From positions 5,068-69,067 of the forward strand of contig JAZGAD010000010.1 of NCBI GenBank assembly GCA_036444275.1: a stretch of DNA of 64,000 nucleotides, given 5' to 3'. A model generated the notes under the pieces. The model searched no databases. It saw only the letters and a program-made list of their open reading frames with translations, and was not told the DNA's origin. How positions within the stretch are numbered: the stretch's first letter is position 1; each line of letters opens with the position of its first letter. The DNA is from Candidatus Hydrothermarchaeales archaeon. GTDB lineage: Archaea > Hydrothermarchaeota > Hydrothermarchaeia > Hydrothermarchaeales > JAZGAD01. Made by a program: the position numbers and the translations under genes. Below are positions 39,785 through 48,888 of this stretch, one piece after another.

Positions 39785-40282
39785 TCAAATTAGTGATCCA
39801 TGTTTCGCAGCGATCTTTTCAAGGGCATATGCAGCATAGCTCCTGACCTCCAGTGAGGTATCTTTTAAAGCTTGCTGTAAAGGCTTGATAGCCCTCTTAT
39901 CTCCGCTCTCGCCTAAGGCGAAGGCAGCATACCTCCGGACGAACTTGGATTTGTCCTTCAGTGCCTGGATAAGGAGGGATGTCCCCCTCGCATCTGCGTA
40001 GCGCAGCTGTAAAGCGATGATCCTCCGAACGTTCCAGTCAGCTTCTTCTTGGAATGCGTTGATGATGGCGTCATATGCCTTTGAATATCCTTTTTCACCC
40101 AGCTCGCCCAGGGCATAGGCAGCACGCCATCTTATCTTTTTGTCTTTATCCCTTACAGCCAGTATTAAGGGATCTATTGCTTCCGGGTCAGCGAGTTCAC
40201 CCAGCTCGTATGCAGAGTGCATTCTGACTTCAGGTGACGTGTGCTTCAATTCTTTTATCAATTTTTTCACAGATTTCCTCAT
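39785..40282 (-). CDS. HEAT-repeat (PBS-lyase type) protein
   Basis: Five repeats of the VRxxAAxALGELGD type. Confidence 0.7.
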   Translation of the reverse strand: MRKSVKKLIKELKHTSPEVRMHSAYELGELADPEAIDPLILAVRDKDKKIRWRAAYALGELGEKGYSKAYDAIINAFQEEADWNVRRIIALQLRYADARGTSLLIQALKDKSKFVRRYAAFALGESGDKRAIKPLQQALKDTSLEVRSYAAYALEKIAAKHGSLI

Positions 40283-40316
40283 CTTACTCCTTCATATACC
40301 TATGAAAGACTAATAA

Positions 40317-40955
40317 ATGCTCATGAGCGATGCTGCACTCCTAGATAGGCTGAGAGATGACATTATGAATTTCGATTTCGAAGACATAGAAGAAGCTTGC
40401 CTACACGCACTTGAAGCTGGAACCCCTATAGCAGAGATCGTGGATGCCATGCAGGAGGGTATGAAGACAGTGGAGATGCGCTACCAGAGGGAGGAGTATT
40501 ACCTGCCTGAGCTCGTCATGGCCGGAGAAACAATGAATGAAGCCCTCGCCGTCCTCCGCCCGCATATGGGGAAAGAAGTTCAAAAAGGGATAGTGGTAGT
40601 TGGAACCATAAGAGGAGACCTCCATGATGTGGGAAAGAATCTTCTGGGAAACCTCCTTGAGGGTGCTGGCTTCTCGGTCTATGATCTCGGGGTTGATGTA
40701 AAGGCAGGGGATTTCATACAGGCAGTGAAAGAGAGGCAAGCAGGTGTGATATGCATGTCTGCCCTTATCTCAACTTCATTGAGGGAGATGCCAGCTGTAA
40801 TTAAGTGCCTTGAGCAAGAGAGCTTTAAGAGACAGATTAAGGTCCTAGTCGGAGGAGGTGCTGTCAGCAGAGGTTTCGCGGAGAGAATAGGTGCAGATGC
40901 CTATGCCAGTGACGCTCTAGAAGGCGTGGCGATAGTGAAGAGATGGCTTGCTTAG
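40317..40955 (+). CDS. methyltransferase cognate corrinoid (B12-binding) protein, MtbC/MttC-like
   Basis: B12-binding DxHxxG motif in GTIRGDLHDVGKNLLGNLL, an N-terminal helical cap, and a 212 aa length typical of methylamine-type corrinoid proteins. Confidence 0.8.
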   Translation: MLMSDAALLDRLRDDIMNFDFEDIEEACLHALEAGTPIAEIVDAMQEGMKTVEMRYQREEYYLPELVMAGETMNEALAVLRPHMGKEVQKGIVVVGTIRGDLHDVGKNLLGNLLEGAGFSVYDLGVDVKAGDFIQAVKERQAGVICMSALISTSLREMPAVIKCLEQESFKRQIKVLVGGGAVSRGFAERIGADAYASDALEGVAIVKRWLA

Positions 40956-41314
40956 AGGTTTTTCATCAATATTCTTATCCTTAAGTGAAATCTGTACCTC
41001 CTCTTTCCATCCTTCATGCCCAAGTATTTCGTGCTCTCTGATATCTTGCCGTTGAGGGATCTCGCAATCCTAGATGCCGTCCTCCTAGCTACGCCCAGGG
41101 ATGAAATATACACGTCCAAACCTCTACCAGACCTTGGTTGGAATATCTCCCATTCTACCCCTCCTGTAGCATATCTCTTTGTAATACTACGTACGACCTC
41201 GCGTTGTTCCTCTGTTAGCTCGTGATTAGCCCTGATTTGGATGAGGGCCTCATGCATGAATATAATAGTAGAACGACAGCGATAAATAATTGCAGGAGGG
41301 GAATTCGAAAACAA
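40952..41314 (-). CDS. hypothetical basic protein
   Basis: ORF only. Arg-rich, with no motif I can name. The start may be the internal Met (MHEALIQIR). Confidence 0.3.
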   Translation of the reverse strand: MFSNSPPAIIYRCRSTIIFMHEALIQIRANHELTEEQREVVRSITKRYATGGVEWEIFQPRSGRGLDVYISSLGVARRTASRIARSLNGKISESTKYLGMKDGKRRYRFHLRIRILMKNL

Positions 41315-41694
41315 GTCTCTCTTTTTTAAGTTTCTTTCGGGTTCTGATAAGGGGACTGGGACTAGAAACTTTTTATATTTTCTTCGAGTTTCTGCTGTTT
41401 CTTAAAAATCCATATGAGCTTTTCCCCGTAACTCATGTTGTCCCACTTTTCTGGTTTCTCTATACTTTCCATGTTTTTAGCGGTTTTTCGGCGCCTATAT
41501 TATAGCTTTCCTTCGTCTTCTTGAATACCAGAAATCGAAACGCCTTAATATAAGAATTATCTCGTATGCTTATCTGGCAGAAGGTGGGCTGGTTATTATC
41601 CTAAGCTGGAGGTTCTAGTGTTAGTGTTAAACCGGCGATGAGTTTTTATTGAAGTGCTCGGATAAATTACGGATAATGGCGGAAATAAATAGGT

Positions 41695-42712
41695 ATGGAT
41701 ACGGCTGGGAGGATAACCGTCAGCTTCCCATATAATCCTTCCTACATTACAAAGATAAAAAGCATAAAAGGTCACAGGTGGCATCCTGAAGAAAAATACT
41801 GGCGTGTGCCATACTCTGAGCTTGAAAACCTCTTATCTGTCTTTGATGGCGAGAAGGCTGATATCGACTCCGCTCTCTATTTCGAGCCCCTGAGAAAAGA
41901 GCTTGCATCGAGGAAGTACAGCCGGAGAACGATGAAGATGTATCTGCAGTACAATGAGGATTTCTTGAGGTTTGCAAGGAAAACTCCTTACAAGATTTCC
42001 AATAGCGACGTGAGGGATTATCTGTATCACTTGGCGGAGGAGAGGGATGCATCTGCCTCTACCCTGAATATTGCTATAAATGCGTTGAAGTTCTACTATG
42101 GTGAGATCTTAAAGCGGGGGTTTGCTTATGGGATTAAGAGGCCTAAGAAGGATAAGAAAATGCCCGTTGTATTAAGTCCGGAGGAAGTTTCCAAGATTTT
42201 ATCTTCACTTTCAAACATCAAGCATAAAGCCATTCTTATGCTTATGTATTCTGCTGGATTAAGAGTTGGTGAAGTTGTGAAGTTGAGGGTTGAGGATATA
42301 GATACTGGAAGAAAGTTAATTCATATCCGTGGTGGGAAAGGAAGGAAAGATCGCTATACTATACTTTCAGATGTTGCATTGGAGACCCTCAAAGTATATA
42401 TCAACGCCTGCAATCCAGAAAATTGGCTTTTTCCTGGGGGGAAAGGATAGAGGGCATGTTACCACAAGAACTGTGCAAAGGATATTTGAAGATGCCGTCA
42501 GAGAGGTCGGTGTTGGCAAAGACGTTAGCGTTCATTCTTTGAGACATAGCTTTGCAACACATCTATTAGAAAGCGGCGTAGATTTGAGGTATATTCAGGA
42601 ATTGTTAGGGCACAAAAGCAGTAAAACGACAGAGATATACACTCATGTGAGCAACAAGTCTTGGAGCAGAATAAAAAGCCCTCTGGATCTAATTCAAAGA
42701 GGTGGGACATGA
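41695..42712 (+). mobile_element. tyrosine recombinase/integrase (XerC/D superfamily) gene split by a +1 frameshift in a G/A homopolymer
   Basis: ORF 41695..42450 carries an N-terminal extension, the core-binding domain and the catalytic start ([24 protein letters not shown]). ORF 42329..42712 in the +1 frame carries [39 protein letters not shown] (R-H-R-Y catalytic residues). The frames switch at cctgggggg-aaagga (~42433-42447). Confidence 0.75.
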
Positions 42713-42857
42713 GGGAGTTTGGTAGCATCCGGGATGGGTATATGCGCAATGCAGATATAATTCTAAATAGGGATGATATACGCAATGCGTATATGAACGA
42801 GTTAGGCGAAATTTTTAAATCGCCTTTATAAGAACTTAAAAAAGGAATGTGAAATAG

Positions 42858-44258
42858 TTGAATATGAAAGCTTTAATACTTGCCGCTGGAGACGGTGGCA
42901 GATTGGGCAACTTAACTAAAAATAAACCCAAGCCCCTGATTAAACTTTTGGGATTAACTTTGATCGAAAGAGTAATATTAACTGCAAAACAAGCAGGCAT
43001 TAAAGAATTCGTGATAGTTTTTGGTTATCTGGGTGACAAAATAAAAGCAAAATTGGGAACTGGAGATAGGTATGGAGTAGAAATAAACTATATCGAAAAT
43101 AATGACTGCCAAAAAGAAAATGGGATCTCTGTATTAAAGGCCAAAGGATTGTTAAATGAAAACTTCATCCTGTTAATGTCAGACCATATCTTTGATAATC
43201 GTATTCTGAAAGAACTTATCGATTATGATACAAAAAGTTCAGTTGTTTTAGCTATTGATAGAAGAAAATCTCTACCAGGAGACACAAAGGTTCTGGAGAA
43301 GGAAGGAAGAATTGTTGATATCGGTAAAAATATAGAAGAATCAAACTGCATAGATACGGGTATCTTCTTGTGCTCACCAAAAATATTTTCTCATATTGAA
43401 GAAGCAGTAAAAGAAGGTAAAACTGAGCTTGCACATGATATTGCTAAAGCTGTTAAGAACAGAGATGCAGAAATATTCGACATCACGCAAATTAACAGCT
43501 ATATCCCGAGCATGCGGAAGGAGATTAAAGCTTTCTGGATAGATATTGATACAAAGGAGGATTTAATCAAAGCAAAAAAGCTTTTAATTGAGAATGCCTG
43601 TAAAGGACGAAATGACCTGCTTGCAACCTATGTGAATAAGCCAATAGAAAATTTTATTGTAAGCAGATTGGCGAACACGCAGATTACACCAAACCAGGTT
43701 ACTATACTAACAAACATAGTTGCTTATACATCCACATTTTTATTTCTCGAAGGATATCTATTGTTTGCTTCCATTCTCACCTTTATCGTTTCATTTATGG
43801 ACGGTGTGGACGGAAAACTTTCAAGAGTGAAAATAGCCTTTTCAAATATTGGGAAAATGGAGTACGCCTTCGATTTTCTTTATGAGCATTCATGGTATAT
43901 CGCCTTAGCCATCTATCTATCAAAGGACTATGGACTATCAGCGATTTTACTGTGCACATTCATACTCCTGTTTGATGGTTTTTCTCATTTTTGCAGACAG
44001 GCGTTTGGGAAGGCAATAAAGGACCGCCCATTAACAGATTATGGACGAATTGAACGGCTATTCAGAAAATTTGATGGTAGGAAGAACAGTTATATAATTT
44101 TTATCTTAATAGGTGTTTTGCTAAATGCACCTTTCTGGTCATTAGTTGCAATATCTGTATGGTCATTGGTCAGTGCTATATTTTATTCTTCAAGGGCGAT
44201 TTTGCATTTATATCGAGCCGATAAATCAACTCAGGGACCATATGGGAGCAAAAGATGA
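42858..44258 (+). CDS. bifunctional CTP:inositol-1-phosphate cytidylyltransferase / CDP-inositol:inositol-1-phosphate transferase (IPCT/DIPPS)
   Basis: N-terminal nucleotidyltransferase (MKALILAAGDGGRLGNLTKNKPKPL) fused to a C-terminal membrane CDP-alcohol phosphatidyltransferase domain (DGVDGKLSR ... multiple TM helices). This architecture makes di-myo-inositol phosphate in hyperthermophiles. Confidence 0.75.
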   Translation: MNMKALILAAGDGGRLGNLTKNKPKPLIKLLGLTLIERVILTAKQAGIKEFVIVFGYLGDKIKAKLGTGDRYGVEINYIENNDCQKENGISVLKAKGLLNENFILLMSDHIFDNRILKELIDYDTKSSVVLAIDRRKSLPGDTKVLEKEGRIVDIGKNIEESNCIDTGIFLCSPKIFSHIEEAVKEGKTELAHDIAKAVKNRDAEIFDITQINSYIPSMRKEIKAFWIDIDTKEDLIKAKKLLIENACKGRNDLLATYVNKPIENFIVSRLANTQITPNQVTILTNIVAYTSTFLFLEGYLLFASILTFIVSFMDGVDGKLSRVKIAFSNIGKMEYAFDFLYEHSWYIALAIYLSKDYGLSAILLCTFILLFDGFSHFCRQAFGKAIKDRPLTDYGRIERLFRKFDGRKNSYIIFILIGVLLNAPFWSLVAISVWSLVSAIFYSSRAILHLYRADKSTQGPYGSKR

Positions 44259-44335
44259 AGATAAGAATGATGTGGCTTGGGAAGGTCGTCAACGGACCTT
44301 CCATCCACCTGAAATTAGTAGGGAGGGCTTGAACA

Positions 44336-45460
44336 ATGAAGATCGCTTACGTATCAACCTATCTCCCCAAACAGTGTGGGATAGCCACCTACACGGATTA
44401 TCTCATTCACGGTCTCAGAGAGGTGGATCCGGCATTGGAGATTAAGATCATTGCCGAACAAGGAGCATCTCCTATCAAACAAGATAAACTTGAAGTGATC
44501 CCCTCCTGGGATAGAAACGAGGATTATGTAGAACCTATCATCTCACGCACAAAGGGTGCAGATGTAATCCACATTCAGCACGAATACGGCATATACAAAT
44601 TTGATGATAGATTACCATTATTACTCCAGGGATTGGACCCAGATGCCCGGAAGGTGATAACCATCCATTGCGTGAGACCAGCTCAGTTCTCCGAAAGAGA
44701 TGCTGTAGATGAGAATTTTGCAGCAAAAATCGCTCAACTTGCCGATCAGGTCATCGTACACCTTGAGTCGCAAAAAGCAATCCTGACACGACTTGGAATA
44801 CCATCAGGAAAGATTCACATTATTCCCCATGGAACAGTGCTTAGTGATGAGGATAAAGAGGCTTCACGGAAGAGGCTCGGACTGCCCAAGGACGCAAAGA
44901 TACTTCTCATGTTCGGGTTTGTCAAGAAACACAAGTGTTTACACATCGTTCTTGAGGCCCTCGTTGAGATATTGGAGAAATTCAAAGATATATATCTATT
45001 TGTGGCCGGAGGTCTTGCTCCAATAGCCTCACAGAAGGACAGGGACTATGCAGAATATGTGGGCAAGAGGATAGCGGAACTGGGGCTTCAGAAGAACGTC
45101 ATCTACCCAAACAGGTTCTTTCCCAACGAAGATGTGCCATATCTGTTGGGGGCATCTGACATTATCCTGTTTCCTTACTATGAGGAGGACCGCTCTGCCT
45201 CGGGCTCATTTCACCTGGCCATTGGTGCGAAAAAACCAGTTATTGCTTCGAGGATACCCAAGTTTGAAGAACTGAGAAATATCTGCGATGAACTTCTTGT
45301 CCTTCCGTATAACTCTTCGGGAATTGCAAAAGTAGTCATTCGTCTTTTTGAAGACTCAAAATTTCGGCAGTATGTAGTCAATCGCACCGAAGAATACAGA
45401 AATCTTACCTCCTGGCAAACCGTAGCGCACCAACACTTGAAATTGTATAAGGGAGTTTGA
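44336..45460 (+). CDS. glycosyltransferase family 4-like (GT-B)
   Basis: A GT4-like N-terminal domain (MKIAYVSTY...) and a C-terminal nucleotide-sugar-binding domain, 374 aa. Confidence 0.7.
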   Translation: MKIAYVSTYLPKQCGIATYTDYLIHGLREVDPALEIKIIAEQGASPIKQDKLEVIPSWDRNEDYVEPIISRTKGADVIHIQHEYGIYKFDDRLPLLLQGLDPDARKVITIHCVRPAQFSERDAVDENFAAKIAQLADQVIVHLESQKAILTRLGIPSGKIHIIPHGTVLSDEDKEASRKRLGLPKDAKILLMFGFVKKHKCLHIVLEALVEILEKFKDIYLFVAGGLAPIASQKDRDYAEYVGKRIAELGLQKNVIYPNRFFPNEDVPYLLGASDIILFPYYEEDRSASGSFHLAIGAKKPVIASRIPKFEELRNICDELLVLPYNSSGIAKVVIRLFEDSKFRQYVVNRTEEYRNLTSWQTVAHQHLKLYKGV

Positions 45461-45461
45461 G

Positions 45462-46502
45462 ATGAAGATAGGAATGATGACCGCTTGGAACCAAGATGTA
45501 GGACCTTCTATTCATGCCGAGCTGATCGGCAGAGAATGGGTGAAGATGGGTCATGAGCTTAGAATTTTTTCCTTCCTTAAGTCAGATTTTCATGGCACAG
45601 CCATTGTTGGTCAGGATGAGGAGTATGTGCTCCGATGTTTTACTACATCTACGGCAGAAAGACCATTTTTGGATGCTCGTCCCTTCGTAGAATTCCATCC
45701 CGATATTTTCATTACCCAAGATCTTGGGACGTTGCCAATGGATGCTCTCGCAAAGATTTTCCACCTTATAAAAAAAGAAGCAAAGACGATAACCGTGATC
45801 CACGATCGAATGCTTTCATCAAATCCATCTTTTTATCAATTTGAATGGGATGCGATTATTTGTAGCGATAAAAGGTACGTAGAATTTCTTAAAGAGGCTT
45901 ATCCAGAGGAAAAAATCTATGTAATACCCCATCCATACAATAAGTGGAGAGCCGGGGATAAGATTCGGGCAAGAAAGAAATTAGATCTGCCACTCGATAA
46001 GAAGATTATCCTGAACTTTGGTCAAAGAGTAAAGGATTTCAAAGAAACACTTCCTGCGATTTCCGAACTTCAGTCCAACTATCCGATTCTTGTTTTGGTA
46101 GTTACCAGAGAAGAAATAGAAGAACTCAGAAGAGAAACAACTTTACCAATTGAGATAAGGGAAGAGAGCCCATGTATAGAAAGGGTTTATGAGTATTTAC
46201 ACGCATCAGATGCCATGGTACTTCACCGTAAATCTATTGAGGGGATTGTCTATTCAAGCACCACTTATCAGTGCTTAGGATCAGGTTGTTCCGTCGTTGC
46301 GCTAAACTCAAACTTCTTCCAGCCATTTGGTGTGGAAGTCTTAAAATATGATGACTTAGCGGGCTTAAAGGAGTGCCTAATCGATATATTTAAAGAAGGA
46401 AAAAGATATAAAACAGCAAAATTATTAGCGGAAAGGGTGGTAAAAAGAAATACTCCACAAGAGATAGCAACTAAATTCATTAAACTTTTTGAATCGCTGT
46501 GA
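45462..46502 (+). CDS. GT-B fold glycosyltransferase-like protein (paralog 1 of 2)
   Basis: It starts 2 nt after the upstream GT4. It shares extended similarity with ORF 47259..48302 (MKIGMMTAWNQDVG.. vs MRIAMMSAWNTDSG..; EEYVLRCF vs EEYVVRCF). Confidence 0.5.
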   Translation: MKIGMMTAWNQDVGPSIHAELIGREWVKMGHELRIFSFLKSDFHGTAIVGQDEEYVLRCFTTSTAERPFLDARPFVEFHPDIFITQDLGTLPMDALAKIFHLIKKEAKTITVIHDRMLSSNPSFYQFEWDAIICSDKRYVEFLKEAYPEEKIYVIPHPYNKWRAGDKIRARKKLDLPLDKKIILNFGQRVKDFKETLPAISELQSNYPILVLVVTREEIEELRRETTLPIEIREESPCIERVYEYLHASDAMVLHRKSIEGIVYSSTTYQCLGSGCSVVALNSNFFQPFGVEVLKYDDLAGLKECLIDIFKEGKRYKTAKLLAERVVKRNTPQEIATKFIKLFESL

Positions 46503-46630
46503 TGGGTAAAATGAAATCTAAAACTTTTGTTGGTAGAGAGAATAAATTAAAGCTACTGGAACACTATTTTGAAGAAACCATCAAAAACAAAAAAAGGCAT
46601 TGTTATTTTGCTTACATGAGGAAATAGGTA

Positions 46631-46975
46631 TTGGCAAACAGACGCTTAACACCCTGGGGCAGCTGGCAGGTTCTTGCTGAAGGCCGAGAATATAAGGTAA
46701 AACTGATTAAAGTGAAGCCAGGGCACCGCTTTAGCCTCCAGTTGCATAATCGTAGAGATGAGCACTGGATGGTTGTTTCAGGTCAAGCAAGAGTAGAGAT
46801 TGGAGACAAAACAGTTAAAGCTAAACCCGGAAAATACATATTCATTCCTAAAAAGACGAAGCACCGGCTGCAAAATCCGGGAAAGAGTCGTCTCGTGGTA
46901 ATTGAGGTTCAAAGGGGTAAATATCTAGAAGAGGACGATATTGTTCGCCAAGAAGATAATTATGGAAGGTCATGA
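46631..46975 (+). CDS. cupin-domain protein (mannose-6-phosphate isomerase type II / ManC C-terminal-like)
   Basis: Cupin motifs G-x5-H-x-H (HNRRDEHW) ... KHRLQNPG in a 114 aa product. Confidence 0.6.
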   Translation: MANRRLTPWGSWQVLAEGREYKVKLIKVKPGHRFSLQLHNRRDEHWMVVSGQARVEIGDKTVKAKPGKYIFIPKKTKHRLQNPGKSRLVVIEVQRGKYLEEDDIVRQEDNYGRS

Positions 46976-47121
46976 AACTTAATTCAGAGATTTTTAGAGA
47001 GCACGATATAAGGGGAGTGGTTGATAAGGACTTGGATCCGGAGGTGGTGGAAGAAATTGGTAGGGCCTTTGGGGCTTATATTGGGAAGGGTAAGGTGGCG
47101 GTAGGACAGAGGGGATATTGA
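46972..47121 (+). pseudogene. phosphomannomutase/phosphoglucomutase N-terminal fragment (49 codons)
   Basis: MKLNSEIFREHDIRGVVDKDLDPEVVEEIGRAFGAYIGKGKVAVGQRGY* matches the N-terminus of PMM/PGM (IFRxYDIRG ... VxVGxD) but stops before the phosphoserine loop. The ATG overlaps the cupin stop (ATGA). Coordinates +/-2. Confidence 0.5.
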
Positions 47122-47258
47122 GATAATGAGCAAAGATTTAAAACTTAGCAACTAGAGTTAGAAGAGATTAATGATATCTTCATCGAAAGGCTTAAGAAGT
47201 ATCCTCAAATGGACATTAAGCCGTTTAGAGGATAATTATTTTGGAAGGAGGCTAGAGG

Positions 47259-48302
47259 ATGAGAATTGCTATGATGAGTGCTTGGAACACAGATAGTGGA
47301 GTAGCTGTACATGCAGAACCATTGGGCAAAGCCTGGATAAAGATGGGACATAAGTTAACTGTATTTACTTTCATCAAGGATGACTTCCATGGGGAGGGGT
47401 TTACCGGCGAAGATGAGGAGTATGTAGTCAGATGTTTTGGCACTCAAGAGCATACCAACTTCTTAGACCCCCGGCCTATCCTCACCACGGACTTTGATAT
47501 CTTCGTAGTTCAGGATTTAAGGATACTTCCAGTAGAAAAATTAGCCAAAGTATTTAGCCTGATTAAACAGCGGGCCATGACAATACATATAGTTCATGAA
47601 AATAAATTACCTGATGATGCCTGGTTTTATCAATTTGACTGGGACAAGGTAGTCTATTTTGATCAGAGGCAGGAATTCCTAAAAGAGATATACCCTGACG
47701 CTAAACTTATCCCTTTTCCTTGTTATGAACTAAGAAGGCGTGATAAGCTTGAGGCAAAAAAGAGGTTAGAGCTCCCCCTGGATAAGAAAATCATCTACTC
47801 TTTTGGCCAACGCGGCTATCATTCCTATCTTCGAAACTTACCTGATGAGATTAAAGATAAGGCAGTGCTTCTACATGTTGTCTCCAAAGAATACCAGATG
47901 CTTGAAGAGGAATCTCCTCCCGATTGGATGATTATTAGAAGAGAGGATGTTTTATCCCGCGAGAAATTTAATGACTATCTCTTTGCCTCGGATGCGGCTA
48001 TTTTTCATAAGTTCCAGAGCCGTTATCATGCCGTTGTTTCCTCTACGGTCTTTCAGGCATTAGGTTGTGGTTGCCCAATCTTAGTTCCCCGGCAATCGGA
48101 TTTCTTTCATCCTATGCAGAATGAGGTCATACGTTATGGAGATACTCCCGACTTAAATAGGAAGCTGCTTGAATTATTTGGAGATGAACAGACATCTCAA
48201 ACAGTCCAAGACGCAGCAGAAGGGTTTGTGTCAATGAATTCACCAGAAAAAATTGCCAAAAGGTATATCGGGCTATTTACTGAGGTCTTAAGAGCAAGAT
48301 AA
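47259..48302 (+). CDS. GT-B fold glycosyltransferase-like protein (paralog 2 of 2)
   Basis: Paralog of 45462..46502 with the same length and conserved blocks throughout. Confidence 0.5.
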   Translation: MRIAMMSAWNTDSGVAVHAEPLGKAWIKMGHKLTVFTFIKDDFHGEGFTGEDEEYVVRCFGTQEHTNFLDPRPILTTDFDIFVVQDLRILPVEKLAKVFSLIKQRAMTIHIVHENKLPDDAWFYQFDWDKVVYFDQRQEFLKEIYPDAKLIPFPCYELRRRDKLEAKKRLELPLDKKIIYSFGQRGYHSYLRNLPDEIKDKAVLLHVVSKEYQMLEEESPPDWMIIRREDVLSREKFNDYLFASDAAIFHKFQSRYHAVVSSTVFQALGCGCPILVPRQSDFFHPMQNEVIRYGDTPDLNRKLLELFGDEQTSQTVQDAAEGFVSMNSPEKIAKRYIGLFTEVLRAR

Positions 48303-48337
48303 GATGTGCAAGAAAAATTTTATCATCGAGCCATTTT

Positions 48338-48610
48338 GTGGATTATCCAAACAACCCAATTTTAGCTCCGGCAAAAGGTTTCACCTCACAAGGAATATAT
48401 AACCCTACAGTGATTAAAGAAGGAAAAAAATTCTTTATGCTATTCAGGGCTGAGGCAGAAGATGAGTTGACGGGAAGGATAGGGCTTGCTAAAAGTAGTG
48501 ATGGCATCCAATTTAGCTTGCACCCCGAACCAGTAATAGTGCCTTCTGCGGATTTCGATAAGTTCGGCTGTGAAGACCCCCGGGTGGTGAGATTTAAAGA
48601 TACTAAGTAA
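48338..48610 (+). pseudogene. GH130-family N-terminal fragment (90 aa)
   Basis: NPILAP...GIYNPTVIKEGKKFFMLFRAE...GRIGLAKSSDGIQFS...GCEDPRVV matches the first blade(s) of GH130 phosphorylases and then terminates. Confidence 0.45.
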
Positions 48611-48613
48611 AAT

Positions 48614-48864
48614 GTGGGAAGAATCAAGATTGCTATTATAGGAGTAGGCAACTGCGCCAGTTCTCTGGTGCAAGGTTTATGGTTCTATAAAGATTCATCA
48701 GAAGAAAAAGTTATCGGCTTAATGCACTACGATGTTGGTGGGTACAAGGTATGGGATTTGAGGTAGCGGCTGCCTTTGATATCGATAAGCGAAAGGTTGG
48801 CAAGCCCTTGAATGAGGCGATATTTGCCAGGCCGAACTGCAGGAGAATTTATAAAATTATTTAA
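48614..48864 (+). pseudogene. myo-inositol-1-phosphate synthase N-terminal fragment with a frameshift
   Basis: A GTG start gives [49 protein letters not shown]. Continuing in the -1 frame gives [25 protein letters not shown].... Both blocks match the Rossmann N-terminus of MIPS ([13 protein letters not shown] ... AAFDVD.KKVG ... AIFA). Coordinates +/-3. Confidence 0.55.
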
Positions 48865-48888
48865 CAAGTTGTTATAAGGGGTAATGTA

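Noticed and set aside
40401-40739. Antisense ORFs inside the corrinoid protein gene
   Set aside because: This is a shadow ORF opposite a gene that has a clear B12-binding motif.
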